DNA from: Chlamydiales bacterium
GTDB lineage: Bacteria > Chlamydiota > Chlamydiia > Chlamydiales > JAAZZY01
Reading direction: 5' to 3'
Assembly (NCBI GenBank): GCA_965206695.1
Contig: CBDBKM010000011.1
Location: 394,552 to 458,551, forward strand
DNA: 64,000 bases
Shown: piece after piece, positions 29,229 through 40,851 of the stretch
How positions within the stretch are numbered: position 1 is the first letter of the stretch
Layout: each line of letters begins with the position of its first letter
Position numbers and translations under genes: made by a program
Notes under the pieces: model-generated
Database searches by the model: none
What the model saw: only the letters and a program-made list of their open reading frames with translations
Told to the model about the DNA's origin: nothing

Positions 29229-30569
29229 ATGACAGTTAATCATATTATCCAATCTATTAATGAACACCTTACTTTTTTTGTGGTGTTCCCTCTTATGACG
29301 ATATTTGGAATTTATCTAACAATACGTCTTAGATTCATTCAATTTTTTAAATTAAAATTAGCTTGTAAGCACCTAATCAAAAAAGAAAAAAATGCAGAAG
29401 GCGATATTTCTCATTTTGAAGCTCTATCAGCAGTGTTAGCCGGTAATTTAGGAACAGGTAATATTTCAGGTGTGGCCATTGCCTTAACTTTTGGAGGTCC
29501 GGGAGCCGTGATATGGATGTGGTTTATGGCATTTATGGGAGCTATTATCAATTATGCCGGATGTTTTTTGGGTGTAAAATATCGCCAAAAAAATGAGAAT
29601 AACGAGTATGTGGGTGGCCCTATGTACTATTTACATAAAGGACTGAGATTAAAATCAGTTGCTGTTGGATTTGCCTTATTCACCATTGTTTCTTCTTTGA
29701 CAGCAGGAAATTTAGTGCAGGTTAATTCGATTAACCTCCCTTTACAAGCTTTAGGCGTCTCACCTTATTTAATTGGTTTTTCCATGCTTATTTTTACATT
29801 CATAGTCATTATCGGAGGGATGAAGCGTATTGCAAAAGTAGTATCAGCAGTGGTTCCTTTAATGACGTTCATGTATTTAATTGGAGCATGTATCATTTTA
29901 TTCTTCTTTAGAAAAGAAATTATTCCGGCCTTTTCTTTAATATTTGCTTGTGCCTTTAAACCTTCGTCGGCAGCCGGTGGATTACTGGGCTTTGGTTTAA
30001 TAAAAGTAGTAAGTTCCGGTTTTGAAAGAGCTATTTTTGCAACAGATGCAGGTACCGGTTTAGTACCTGTTTTACAATCAAGTGCCCGTACAAAAAGCCC
30101 TGTTTTAGAAGGTGTTATTTCTATGATAGCTCCTTTTTTTGTTATGGTCATTTGCACCATTACAGGGCTCATCTTAATTGTAACGGGAGCTTGGAATATA
30201 AACGGCTTGGAAAGCACTAACATGTGTATCTGGGCATTTAAAAAAGGATTACATGTTTCCCGGTCAGAATATCCGGTTATTATTGCTCTTTTTTTATTTG
30301 CTTTTACAACTATTTTAGCGTGGTGTTGCTGCGCAGAAAAAGCTGTGGCCTATCTTTTTGGAACGCATCGCATACGCACCTTTCAATTATTCTTTGTTGC
30401 CATGATACCAATTGGCGTTTTTGCAAGCGTGGATATAGTCTGGGCTTTAGCAGATATTTCCATCGCCTGTATGCTGATTTGTAATATGATTGGGATAATC
30501 GGTTTGTCAGAGCAGGTAATTAATGAAAGTCATGCCTATTTTTCAGAACCGGCGCCTAGTATCAATTAA
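29229..30569 (+). CDS. alanine/glycine:cation symporter (AGCS family)
   Basis: 446 aa, multi-pass membrane protein, AGCS-family N-terminal signature. Confidence 0.75.
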   Translation: MTVNHIIQSINEHLTFFVVFPLMTIFGIYLTIRLRFIQFFKLKLACKHLIKKEKNAEGDISHFEALSAVLAGNLGTGNISGVAIALTFGGPGAVIWMWFMAFMGAIINYAGCFLGVKYRQKNENNEYVGGPMYYLHKGLRLKSVAVGFALFTIVSSLTAGNLVQVNSINLPLQALGVSPYLIGFSMLIFTFIVIIGGMKRIAKVVSAVVPLMTFMYLIGACIILFFFRKEIIPAFSLIFACAFKPSSAAGGLLGFGLIKVVSSGFERAIFATDAGTGLVPVLQSSARTKSPVLEGVISMIAPFFVMVICTITGLILIVTGAWNINGLESTNMCIWAFKKGLHVSRSEYPVIIALFLFAFTTILAWCCCAEKAVAYLFGTHRIRTFQLFFVAMIPIGVFASVDIVWALADISIACMLICNMIGIIGLSEQVINESHAYFSEPAPSIN

Positions 30570-30688
30570 TATTTTATATTCCTAATACGTTTTAATTATT
30601 TAATATACTTGATGATTATAGTTGAAACAATTATTCTTTTATTGTCTCCATTAAATATTGATTACACTGATATAAAGGTCTTTTTCGC

Positions 30689-31279
30689 ATGAATTTTGAA
30701 TTTTCTAATCCGCATACAATATCAGAGTCCTTTTTTTGGTTTTGTGCCATTGTCGGAACTATTATTTTCATTATCAGGATGCTCCTAAATATTATTGGTT
30801 TTGGTTTTGAAGATCAAATAGGTGATACAACATCCGGTCAATCCGATGATGCCTTTCATATTTTTTCTCTACATTCGTTAAGCGGTTTTTTTATGCTTTT
30901 CGGTTGGTCAGGCTTAGCTTCATTGATACAGTTTTCATTACCCATATTTGCCTCTTCTTTGATCGCTTTGATAATGGGAAGCTTTATGCTCCTTCTGACA
31001 CATCTGATTTTTAAAGCAGCGAAAAACTTGATTAGCAAAGGAGATCAATTTATTCTTGATGATTCGATAGGCAGGCAAGGAGTTGTTTATCAGCAAATAC
31101 CTGCAAATGGGGTTGGAACCATCCAAGTATCTGTTAATAATATTATGAGAGAATTGGATGCTGTTTCAGAAAATAGAATACCCATTCCCTCTTTTTGTAG
31201 CGTTCAAGTTGTTCATGTAATTAGTGAAAAGGTTGTAGCCGTAAAAAGCCTGCCTAAAGAATTAAAAAAGAAATTTTAA
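30689..31279 (+). CDS. NfeD-like membrane protein (C-terminal OB-fold)
   Basis: Transmembrane N-terminus plus GRQGVVYQQIPANGVGTIQVSV beta-barrel; sits upstream of a flotillin gene. Confidence 0.6.
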   Translation: MNFEFSNPHTISESFFWFCAIVGTIIFIIRMLLNIIGFGFEDQIGDTTSGQSDDAFHIFSLHSLSGFFMLFGWSGLASLIQFSLPIFASSLIALIMGSFMLLLTHLIFKAAKNLISKGDQFILDDSIGRQGVVYQQIPANGVGTIQVSVNNIMRELDAVSENRIPIPSFCSVQVVHVISEKVVAVKSLPKELKKKF

Positions 31280-31298
31280 CATTTAAGGAGAGAAAACA

Positions 31299-32702
31299 GT
31301 GGATTTTACCAATATTGCCATAACTATCACAATTATTTTTGTCTTTGCGACCATATTTTTTTTAGCAAAGATTTATCGTCGATGTCCTTCTAATAAGATA
31401 TTAGTTGTCTTTGGAAGAGTCGCCGGGCACAAAACTGTACAATGTTATCATGGTGGAGGAACATTTATATGGCCTCTTATTCAAGATAGTCGTTTTATAG
31501 ACTTAACACCCCGTACCATTCATATTCCTTTAAAAGGGGCTCTTTCATTACAAAATATTCGTGTTAATGTTCCTTCTACATTTACTGTCGCAGTTGGAAC
31601 GACGCAAGAAGTGATGAATAATGCAGCGATTAGAATACTGGCTTTAACATCCAAAGAAATCGAATCCATGGCAACAGAAATCATAATAGGTCAATTACGT
31701 CTAACTGTCGCTTCCCTTCGTATTGAAGAGATCAATCAAGATAGAGAGCGATTCTTAGAATCTATTAAAAATAATATTGAACCTGAATTGCATAAGATTG
31801 GTTTGACCCTTATCAACGTTAATATAACAGATATTACCGATGAGTCTGAATATATTGAAAGCATTGGGAAGAAAGCAGCGGCACGTGCTGTTAACCAAGC
31901 AAAAATTGATGTTGCAGAACAAGAAAAGCAAGGGGATATCGGTCAGTCAGAAGCTGATAAAGATCGTCGTATTCAAGTTGAGAATTATCATGCAGAGGCT
32001 GTTACAGGAGAAAATACGGCTAAAGCAAACATTGTAAAAAGTAATGCTGATCTAGCTGAAAAAGAAGCTGAAGCCGGTAAGAGAAGTGAAGTAGCTAGGC
32101 AACAAGCTTCAGCAGAAGTTCAAAGAGCTCGAGCACTTTCAGAAACACAACGTCTTGAGGCTGAGCAAATTGTTCCGCAAGAGATTACTAAGCGAAAAAT
32201 TGAAATTGATGCAGAGGCAGAAAAATTAAAAAGAGTTTTAGAAGCTAAAGGGGAAGCTGAAGCTATTTTGACTCTTAGACAAGCCGAAGCTGAAGGTATC
32301 AAGAAAATACTTGATGCTAAAGCCGATGGTTATAAGCAGTTAGTTCAAGCATGTGGAAACGATGCTAACAGCGCTTCTACCATGTTATTGATAGAAAAGA
32401 TGGAAGCTTTAGTTAACTTACAAGCAGAAGCAATCAAGAATATTAAAATTGATAAGATTACTGTTTGGGATAGTGGTAGTGGTGGTGATAAAAATGGCAC
32501 AACCACTTCAGATTTTATTAGCAATATGGTGAAATCTCTACCTGCCTTACACGACATAGCAGCTGTTGCAGGGCTTCAACTTCCTCCTTTCCTAGGTAAA
32601 GTTGATTCAAAGGAGCTTGAGCATTTAACAGAAGCGATGGCGAAAAAAACACAAAAAGCCGATCAACATACTCGTTTCGCAAAAGTAGAAGAAGAGAAGT
32701 AA
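31299..32702 (+). CDS. flotillin-like SPFH/band-7 protein
   Basis: N-terminal transmembrane segment, SPFH domain, long Ala/Glu-rich coiled coil. Confidence 0.8.
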   Translation: MDFTNIAITITIIFVFATIFFLAKIYRRCPSNKILVVFGRVAGHKTVQCYHGGGTFIWPLIQDSRFIDLTPRTIHIPLKGALSLQNIRVNVPSTFTVAVGTTQEVMNNAAIRILALTSKEIESMATEIIIGQLRLTVASLRIEEINQDRERFLESIKNNIEPELHKIGLTLINVNITDITDESEYIESIGKKAAARAVNQAKIDVAEQEKQGDIGQSEADKDRRIQVENYHAEAVTGENTAKANIVKSNADLAEKEAEAGKRSEVARQQASAEVQRARALSETQRLEAEQIVPQEITKRKIEIDAEAEKLKRVLEAKGEAEAILTLRQAEAEGIKKILDAKADGYKQLVQACGNDANSASTMLLIEKMEALVNLQAEAIKNIKIDKITVWDSGSGGDKNGTTTSDFISNMVKSLPALHDIAAVAGLQLPPFLGKVDSKELEHLTEAMAKKTQKADQHTRFAKVEEEK

Positions 32703-32845
32703 TCTACGTATATAGCATAATGGTAGAGTCTCCGATCGTTGAATTTTCGATAAGCGAAATTTTAGATGGTTTCAGGAGCCTTTCCGGCTAATTGTGTCAA
32801 TTTCCATGTTTAATATAAACTGTTATTCAATAATGATGACAAAAT

Positions 32846-33440
32846 ATGGAGTATATAGCAAAACAAGTTGATTATCTCGGAAAGATTGCTAAGAATACTG
32901 TTAGTCAGTACAAGACTAAAGATGCACTTTTTGGTGAGGGTGGCGCTTTTAACGCCACCTTATTGAAGCAGTCCTAAACGACGGGTTACTGATCATTAAA
33001 GACAAACGTACGCAAGGGGTACAGCAAAAAAACGGTAAAGGGCTCGGTTAGGTGAAATGGATATTACCCTCCCCAAAGATCGAGAGCCAACACTCGTAGC
33101 CAAGCGCCAAACACGCTTTGATGGCTTTAACGATAAAATTTTGACTATGTATGCATGCACCACGCGGTGCGAGCATAACGGATATTTAAACGCAGCTTCA
33201 TGAGCTTTACGGAAAGAGGTGTCAACATCCTTTACGGAAAGAGGTGTCAACATCGCTGATATCGAATGTCACGGCCTTTAGATCGTGTTTACTCAATTGT
33301 TTATCCGGACTGCATTGTCGTCAAAGCTAGAGAGGATAAACGTATCATTGAAGACTGCACGGACGCAGTCGACCCGCGAGTGACAGTTGTGTATCAAAGA
33401 GGAACAGAGGAACGAAAAGTGCTTTAATTTTTTTGGAGGC
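32846..33440 (+). pseudogene. IS256-family transposase remnant (frameshifts, internal 25-bp duplication)
   Basis: DALFGEGGAFNATLLKQ ... KRQTRFDGFNDKILTMYA ... LISNVT in three frames. Confidence 0.6.
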
Positions 33441-33505
33441 TTAATCCAATTAAAAAAAGCAGCGATTCCCGTTAAATAATTTTTCGCAATGATATATATA
33501 CCCAT

Positions 33506-35546
33506 TTAAGCTGAAGAAATGACAAATGGGGGTGGTTTTATAACTCTAAAGTTATCAGTAATACGCCTTTTTAAAAGATCTGAATAGCTGTTTAGTGGAT
33601 TTGCGAGTTTTTTTAAAAATCCCAAAATCCTATCTTTAAAATCACCGAATTTCTCGTAATATCGATTATTGAGGATCTGTTCATTCATCAACTTCCATAA
33701 GCGTTCAATAGGATTAAGATTAGGACTATAAGGAGGAAGAAACTGCATGGAAATTTTTGAAGTTTTTAAAAAATCTTGCACTTTTCTATTACGATAATAT
33801 CCGGCATTATCACAAAAGAGATAGAGAGTCTTTTTTTCGGGATAAGCATGTTCTAACTTTTTTAAAAAACAAATTGTTGAATCTGCATTGAGTGCTTGAT
33901 CTTCTTGAGATATAGTATTTTAATTTTTATTTGATAATATGTTATCCTTCTTTTTTTATACAAACAGTAAGGACAAAACAATGCCTAGAGCCTATTCAGT
34001 AGATCTTCGAGAGAAAGTATTACAACATATAGAAAAACATCATGATAAAAAAACAGCCGGCCATATTTTTCAAGTAGGTATCGCAACAATATATCGATGG
34101 ATCTTGCAAAAAAAGCAAAAAGGACATTTAAAGCCAATCCGCAGAAAATATGCTTATAAGAAATTAGATGATGAGTTGTTATCTAAATATGTAGAAAAAC
34201 ATCCGGATTATTTTTTATCGGAAATTGCTGATTATTTTTCAGTCACTCCGCAAACGATTTTTTATGCCCTTAAAAGATTAAAAATTACACGAAAAAAAAA
34301 ACGACTCGCTATAAGGAAAGAGATGAAAAGAAACGGGAAGCTTTTATGAAAGATTTAAAAAATATTCCCTTTGACAAGAGAATTTATCTCGATGAAACCG
34401 GGATTCATCAATTTTTATTTCGTGAGTCCGGAAGAAGCTTACGCGGCAAAAGAGTTTTTGGAGCGGTTTCAGGAAACCGCTTTATAAGGCAAAATATTAT
34501 TTCAGCCCTATCTAAAGGGCAGTTTTTATCTCCAATGTGTTTTGAAGGTACTTGTAATACCGGGTTATTCAATATTTGGCTTAAGGAAGTTTTGACTCCT
34601 CAGCTTACACCCGGTAGTGTTCTTATTCTTGACAATGCCGGTTTTCACAAGTCAGCGGAAAGCAGGAAAATAGTAGAATCTGCCGGTTGTAAGCTTATGT
34701 TTCTTCCTCCATATTCTCCGGACTTAAATCCTATAGAAAAATATTGGGCTAATATGAAAAATAAAGTTAGAGAGATATTACGAAAAGTTACGAATTTTAA
34801 ATTCGCCATTGATCAAGCAATCTTATCAATGTAAAATTAAATGACTATATAAGGCACTTCGATTCAATATCAATAGCACCTGAGATATGAAGCCTTCGAC
34901 GAGCACTATTTGTTTTAAGAGCCCGGTACATACCCGTTTTTATCCAACCATGAGAAGGTTTTGTATTATGTGTCGGATGTACTCCATCCATAAAATAAAT
35001 AGCTTCAGTATGCGACAAGCCGGCTTTTAATTTACGATAATATTCTAACCATTGTTCTTGAGATAAAGGGTCAGCTTTTCCGGGAATAAGCATTGGTTTT
35101 TTATAAGAGAAACCATTAGATTTTAACCACGCTGTCATACCGGCAGGGGTGTATTTTATTTCAAATAGATTTTGTACAAGAGAGGCTATCTCTCTTGCAG
35201 AGGTATAGATATTTTCTTTTAGATGATGAATCAGCATATCACGACAGGCCGGATTAAGTTTACTTGAAGAACCTCCGTTTTCAGGAACCAACTTCCTATC
35301 TGCTTCATAGTCTAATGTATGTTGACGTACTGCTTCATGAGTAATAAACAAAGCGTGTGCTATTTTTTTATAACTCCAACCTTCATCATATAGCAATACA
35401 GCTTTAATACGATCACAAATCCTCTTGTCTCTCTCGTACTTATGCTGTTGTAAAAGCCGTTCGCGTTCTGTTGGATCTAAAAAATATTTCATGTCCGGTA
35501 GTATAGAAAAAGTTAACATATATTTTCAACTCTTCAGAAATTATGT
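33506..35546 (-). mobile_element. IS630-family type 3 element split by IS630 type 2 copy 2
   Basis: Transposase halves 34845..35519 (N-terminal) and 33506..33912 (C-terminal). They read continuously across the 33913-34848 insertion. Confidence 0.65.
33913..34848 (+). mobile_element. IS630-family type 2, copy 2 (orfA 33939..34349, orfB 34346..34834)
   Basis: Same ends as copy 1. Confidence 0.8.
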
Positions 35547-37260
35547 GCAGGGCGATTGCATTTAAATTTTATTATTTAAAATCTCTACTATACCCCTTAT
35601 GAATCAAAGTGCCGATTCTAAGACTTGAAAATGATCATTGATTCGTTTCCTCATTGATTGAGCAATAGAGGGCCAAGTATTTTCAAAAAATCCGGTAATC
35701 GATCTCCGAAATTCTTTAGCAGAATTAAAAAACCGATTATTGCGACAATATTCATTCATCACTTTCCATAATCGTTCAATGGGATTGAGGTTAGGACTGT
35801 AAGAAGGTAAATAATAGAGAATAATACCTTGTTTTTCTGCTTCTTGTTTGGTCTGAATACTTGTATTATAAGGGCCTTGATCTAAAATAAGATGGATATT
35901 TGGAGCTGAGAGGTATGAGGTATTTTGACCGTAGCAAAGCAAAATGCTTTGCCATGGTACCGCTATTTAATGTTTCATAAGCATCTATTGTTACCTTCAT
36001 ACTGTTTAAATTGATAGACCCCATAAGATTCATTCGAGTACGAGAAGCTGTTGTTGCAATCAATTTATCTGTTCCCGGTCGAATCCAACCATAAGAAATT
36101 TTAGTTGCCATAGTTGGATGTACACCATCAGCAAATTCAACAGGCTCATTTTTAGGCAGAGATGCCATAAGCTTGGCGTAAAATTGCATCCAAGCTTTTT
36201 GTTGATCAGAATTTGCCTTAGCCGGTGTACCTTTAGGCTTTTTATAGGAAAAACCATGTGAGTGTAGCCAAGAAGTCATCCCTGAAATCGTATAAACAAT
36301 GCCATATTTCGCGAGAACATAAGAACAGATATCTTCTACTTTGACATAGGTATGAGTTGTTAAATGTTTAATGAATTCTTCTGACTGTGGCGCAAGAAGT
36401 TTACTGACTGAACCACCGCTTTCTATATGCAATTGCTGTTTATTTTGATATTCTTTAATGTGACGAGACACTGTTTCATCGTCTAAAAGCACAGCTTCAG
36501 CAATACGAGTATTACTCCAACCTTTATTCGACAATAGAACAGCCTTGATACGATCTCGTATACGACCATTCTTTTCTCGTTTATGTTGCTGTCTGAGATG
36601 CTTTTCTTCTGATAGTGTTAAAAATGAATTCATACAAAATAATTTACACTATACGAATACAAAATATCCGGAGGTTTATTCGTGATGAGTATAATCTAGA
36701 TCCTGTCATTTTCATTCGGTTTTGCATTCTTCTAATGCTAAGCTTTCCTTTCGTTTTATTGATTAAATTAAGAGCCCACTTTCTAATGATATTCATATTT
36801 TTAGGAGCATTATCTTTGTAAATTTGCGACTTATCTTCATTAAAAGTAACATCTAAAACCCAATGAAGCTTATTTTCCACCTCCCAATGAGTACGAATGC
36901 ACTCAGCAAGATGATGAGCATTTGCATTAAGTGAAGAAATATAGTACCGAGTTTCCCTAGTGTTTTTTTCTTTTATAGTTCTTTCTGATTCTACCATAAT
37001 AATTGTACAAAGTCCCGGCCATTCATATGCTTCTAACGAACCTAACTCTTCTGTAGCCCAAACTCTACGACATTCGATTCTCCCATGTCCTTTATCTAAT
37101 TGTTCGCTTTTGCTTCCATTAAATTCCTGCCAATCCAATGTTCGATGTCCATCAAAAAAGAATTTAATATCTTCGTGTAAATTGCCTTGATTACCCTTAA
37201 CCCGAATATTTCATAAAACTCATTGATAGTTTCCGTAAGAGGCTTGAATTTTAGAAAAAA
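35547..37260 (-). mobile_element. ISAs1-family copy 2 (degraded), carrying IS630 type 1 copy C
   Basis: Terminal cagggcgattgcat at 35547. C-terminal 164-aa fragment at 36644..37138 with upstream frameshifts. Reading ...GSRL, then IS630, then VEILNNKI is continuous. Confidence 0.6.
35591..36691 (-). mobile_element. IS630-family type 1 copy C; transposase frameshifted by a 7-bp duplication (gaggtat)
   Basis: tggagctgagaggtatgaggtattttgacc here versus tggagctgagaggtattttgacc in copies A and B. ORFs 35866..36633 and 35604..35942. Confidence 0.8.
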
Positions 37261-37384
37261 GGATAAATTAGTGAAAATATTCTGTTTATCGAAAAATAAG
37301 ATGATTTCAGGACACACCTCCCCCTTACCCCCAACTATTTTACACGCCTTCTTTTTAAAATTGGAGTGACGTGGTTCTGTCACT

Positions 37385-39850
37385 TTTTACCAATGCGAGA
37401 TTCGATGTGCAATAAGCAGAAAAGTATTTTGAACCGGAAAATATTCCGATAGCAACAGACGTATTCGCCGTGTATTTCTCAAAACAATACCTCCTATTTT
37501 CAGTAACCTTAGTCGAATAGTATTCACTTGAGATTTAGCAAATGAAGTACCTCGCAGTGCAAGGGAACGCAACCTTTCTAATAAAACATAGGCAAGGGCA
37601 GAGAATAAAAGCCGTAATTGATTAGGCCACCATTTATGACAGGAGGTACGATCCGAAAATAAGAGTAACTGTTCTTTAATACGGTTTTCCGAATCTCCCT
37701 TGTACAATAACTTTTATCATAAATTTTTTGTGGATCGTTCGTAAGAAAGGTTACAATAAATCGAGGATTTGCACCTTTAGAAGTATGTTCTGCTTTAGCT
37801 ATTATTCTTCTTTCTTTTTTTCAACTCTTTGCAGCATAGAGAAAAGAAGTAAATAAACGCTGCTTTTCCTGTGTTTCCTTGAAACGTTTTTCTGCTTCAT
37901 CCATTGTTCCTGAGATCTCTTTTTTTAAGCGTTTATTTCCTGCGATACCTACAACAAAATCAACTTGGTTTTTCTCACACCAATCAAAAATCTTATGCCT
38001 GCAAAAGCCGCTGTCTGCACGAAATATAATAGAACAACCCGGCCACGCCTGTCGTAATCTTTTGACTAAAAGAGATAAAACAGCCCAAGAATGTTTTGCC
38101 TGATCTTCACTACTTCTTCTAAGATAGGAGACAAGCAAATGACTACCGCAAAAAACATGCAGCGGTAAGAAACAGTCTTTTCTATAATATCCATGGTAAA
38201 ATTTCCCTTCCCGGTTACCATGTACGGGATCATCAGTAGCATCACAATCTAAAATAAGCTCTTGAGGAGGTTTTTTGAATCGCCCTTTCAACATCGAAGT
38301 GCAACAAACCGCTACAAATTAAACTTGTCTGAAGGTGGTAAAAAATCTCCTATGGTAAACGTAAGAAAACCAAGGAGGAAAGATGCCAAACGGCTACCGT
38401 CACTTAAACAAAGACAAGAGATGCCAATTGTATACCTTAATAAGAAGAGGAGATCCTATCACCTTAATTTCCAATGAGTTAAACGTAAATCGATCGACTG
38501 TTTATCGCGAGCTAAAACGAAATTGTGGAAAGCGTGGATATCGGTATCAACAGGCTCAAGAGAAGACTTTAAAGAGACGAGGCTCAAAAACTCAACAACG
38601 AAAGATGAGCAGTGTAATGATTACCATTATCGAAGAGAAGTTAAGCGTGCAGTGGAGCCCCGATCAAATATCGGGATGGCTGAAGAAGAAAGGGTATCAA
38701 GAAGCTGTAAGCCATGAGACAATCTATAAATATATTTGGGAGGACAAAAAAAGAGGAGGCCTGTTGTATAAACACCTTAGACATAGTGGGGAAAAATATA
38801 ACAAGCGAGGTAAAAATAGGGCCGGACGAGGATGTATTCCCGGACGGACAGATATTTCTGAAAGGCCTGATATCGTAGAGAAGAAAACTCGTTTAGGCGA
38901 TTGGGAACTAGATACAATCATAGGAACAGAAGGGAGCGGAGTCATTGTCTCAATGGTCGAAAGAGTCTCAAAGCTAACAAAACCAGAAAAAGTCTCGCGT
39001 AAAACCGCTGAGGAAGTAAAGGATGCGCTAGTAAACAGGTTAAGACCGGTCCAAAAATTTGTCATGACATTAACTGCTGACAACGGGAAAGAATTTACTT
39101 ACCACAAACAAGTGAGTCAATTACTTGAGACAAGTTTTTACTTTGCTACCCCCTATCATTCGTGGGAGAGAGGGCTGAACGAGCATACGAATGGACTCGT
39201 TCGACAATATCTCCCTAAAAATAAACGGTTTGATGAAGTCTCAGCAGGTAATTTAAAAAAGATTGAGAACTTGCTTAACAATAGACCCCGAAAAGTGTTA
39301 AACTTTTCAACACCGGAGGAGGTGTTTAACCGTCTCAGTAAGGAAGCAGCAAGTGTTGCACTTCGATGTTGAAAGGGCGAATGATTTTATAAATGATTCA
39401 ACTAAAATGCGACTAATTTTAACTGCGGTTTCTCTGTCCGCTCGGTTTTCAAAACGGCACAGTGTAGGACTACTTGCTAAAGGATGTTCAAAATCAATTG
39501 CCGTTTGAATAGCACCGTCATCTTTAAGTTTATCATGATCGTTTAAATCCTCATAACCCAAAGCAATACCATATACTCTTTGACGCAGCATTTCGAGTAT
39601 GCTATGTATCACATAATTAGGATTGCGTTTATCAGGTATACAAGCAGCTGCTTGTTCAGTCAGCTTTAGCTTTTTATCGACTTGACGCAGTAAGATAACC
39701 CCGCCGTCACTTGTAATGTTACCGCCGGTAAAGGAACATTCTATTCTTTTAGATTTTATGGGTGAAAAATTGATTTGTTTTGTGTTACATTTTGTCATGA
39801 GTATTTTTCTTATTTGTTATGTTTGGTGCAACTATACTTTAACAAGTTAA
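37385..39850 (-). mobile_element. IS1380-like (IS4-superfamily) element, degraded and split by an IS30 insertion
   Basis: N-terminal ...FTGGNITSDGGVILLRQVD...GYEDLNDHD (39307..39798). Middle DATDDPVHGNREGKFYHGYY (37821..38294). C-terminal ...LRLLKIGGIVLRNTRRIRLLLS (37387..37707). Confidence 0.5.
38281..39379 (+). mobile_element. IS30-family IS, intact copy (1099 bp); transposase 38383..39372
   Basis: Terminal repeats cgccctttcaacatcgaagtgcaac / gttgcacttcgatgttgaaagggcg; flanking aat on both sides. Confidence 0.85.
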
Positions 39851-39895
39851 GTAAAAATACTCATTCTTTTTTCCGATTTTTATGAAATATTCGGG

Positions 39896-40652
39896 TTAAG
39901 CCAAATATTGAATAACCCGGTATTACAAGTACCTTCAAAACACATTGGAGATAAAAACTGCCCTTTAGACAGGGCTGAAATAATATTTTGCCTTATAAAC
40001 TCACCTTACGCACGCCTTCTACTAAGCAGGATACAGAATCAATCCCCCTTTACGAGAGTGCGTGCGTAAGGTGAGTTATAAAGCGGTTTCCTGAAACCGC
40101 TCCAAAAACTTTTTTGCCGCGTAAGCTTCTTCCGGACTCACGAAATAAAAATTGATGAATCCCGGTTTCATCGAGATAAATTCTCTTGTCAAAGGGAATA
40201 TTTTTTAAATCTTTCATAAAAGCTTCCCGTTTCTTTTCATCTCTTTCCTTATAGCGAGTAGTTTTTTTTTTCGTGTAATTTTTAATCTTTTAAGGGCATA
40301 AAAAATCGTTTGCGGAGTGACTGAAAAATAATCAGCAATTTCCGATAAAAAATAATCCGGATGTTTTTCTACATATTTAGATAACAACTCATCATCTAAT
40401 TTCTTATAAGCATATTTTCTGCGGATTGGTTTTAAATGTCCTTTTTGCTTTTTTTGCAAGATCCATCGATATATTGTTGCGATACCTACTTGAAAAATAT
40501 GGCCGGCTGCTTTTTTATCATGATGTTTTTCTATATGTTGTAATACTTTCTCTCGAAGATCTACTGAATAGGCTCTAGGCATTGTTTTGTCCTTACTGTT
40601 TGTATAAAAAAAGAAGGATAACATATTATCAAATAAAAATTAAAATACTATA
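39896..40652 (-). mobile_element. IS630-family type 2, decayed copy (orfA 40214..40624 intact, orfB half-deleted and carrying a MITE)
   Basis: Left end tatagtattttaattttt at 40652; the orfB 3' half is missing. Confidence 0.7.
39998..40076. repeat. MITE family PE-1 copy inside the decayed IS630 orfB, 5-bp target duplication tataa
   Basis: actcaccttacgcacgcc ... gtgcgtgcgtaaggtgagt with tataa on both sides. Confidence 0.65.
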
Positions 40653-40709
40653 CATCGAACTTGGATTAATGATGATCATTTAAAATCAATATTAACAAGT
40701 TATTATTAA

Positions 40710-40753
40710 CATAATATTAACATAATATTAACATAATATTAACATAATATTAA
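40710..40753. repeat. 11-bp tandem repeat (ataatattaac) x4, followed by degenerate units
   Basis: Perfect tandem copies about 100 bp upstream of CDS 40852. Confidence 0.7.
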
Positions 40754-40851
40754 CACAGCATTAACATAAACAAAGCATAATAGCTTTGAATACTTATAAA
40801 CTAAATATAAACAACCTATTATTAATAAAAATAAATTAAAGTGTAATTATT

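Noticed and set aside
29765-30223. 152-aa ORF on the minus strand
   Set aside because: It is fully embedded antisense in the AGCS symporter gene.
32996-33253. 85-aa ORF on the minus strand
   Set aside because: It is antisense to the IS256 transposase remnant.
40680-40770. Tandem 11-bp repeats considered as a CRISPR-like or iteron array
   Set aside because: The units are too short and contiguous (no spacers). I interpret them as a microsatellite.
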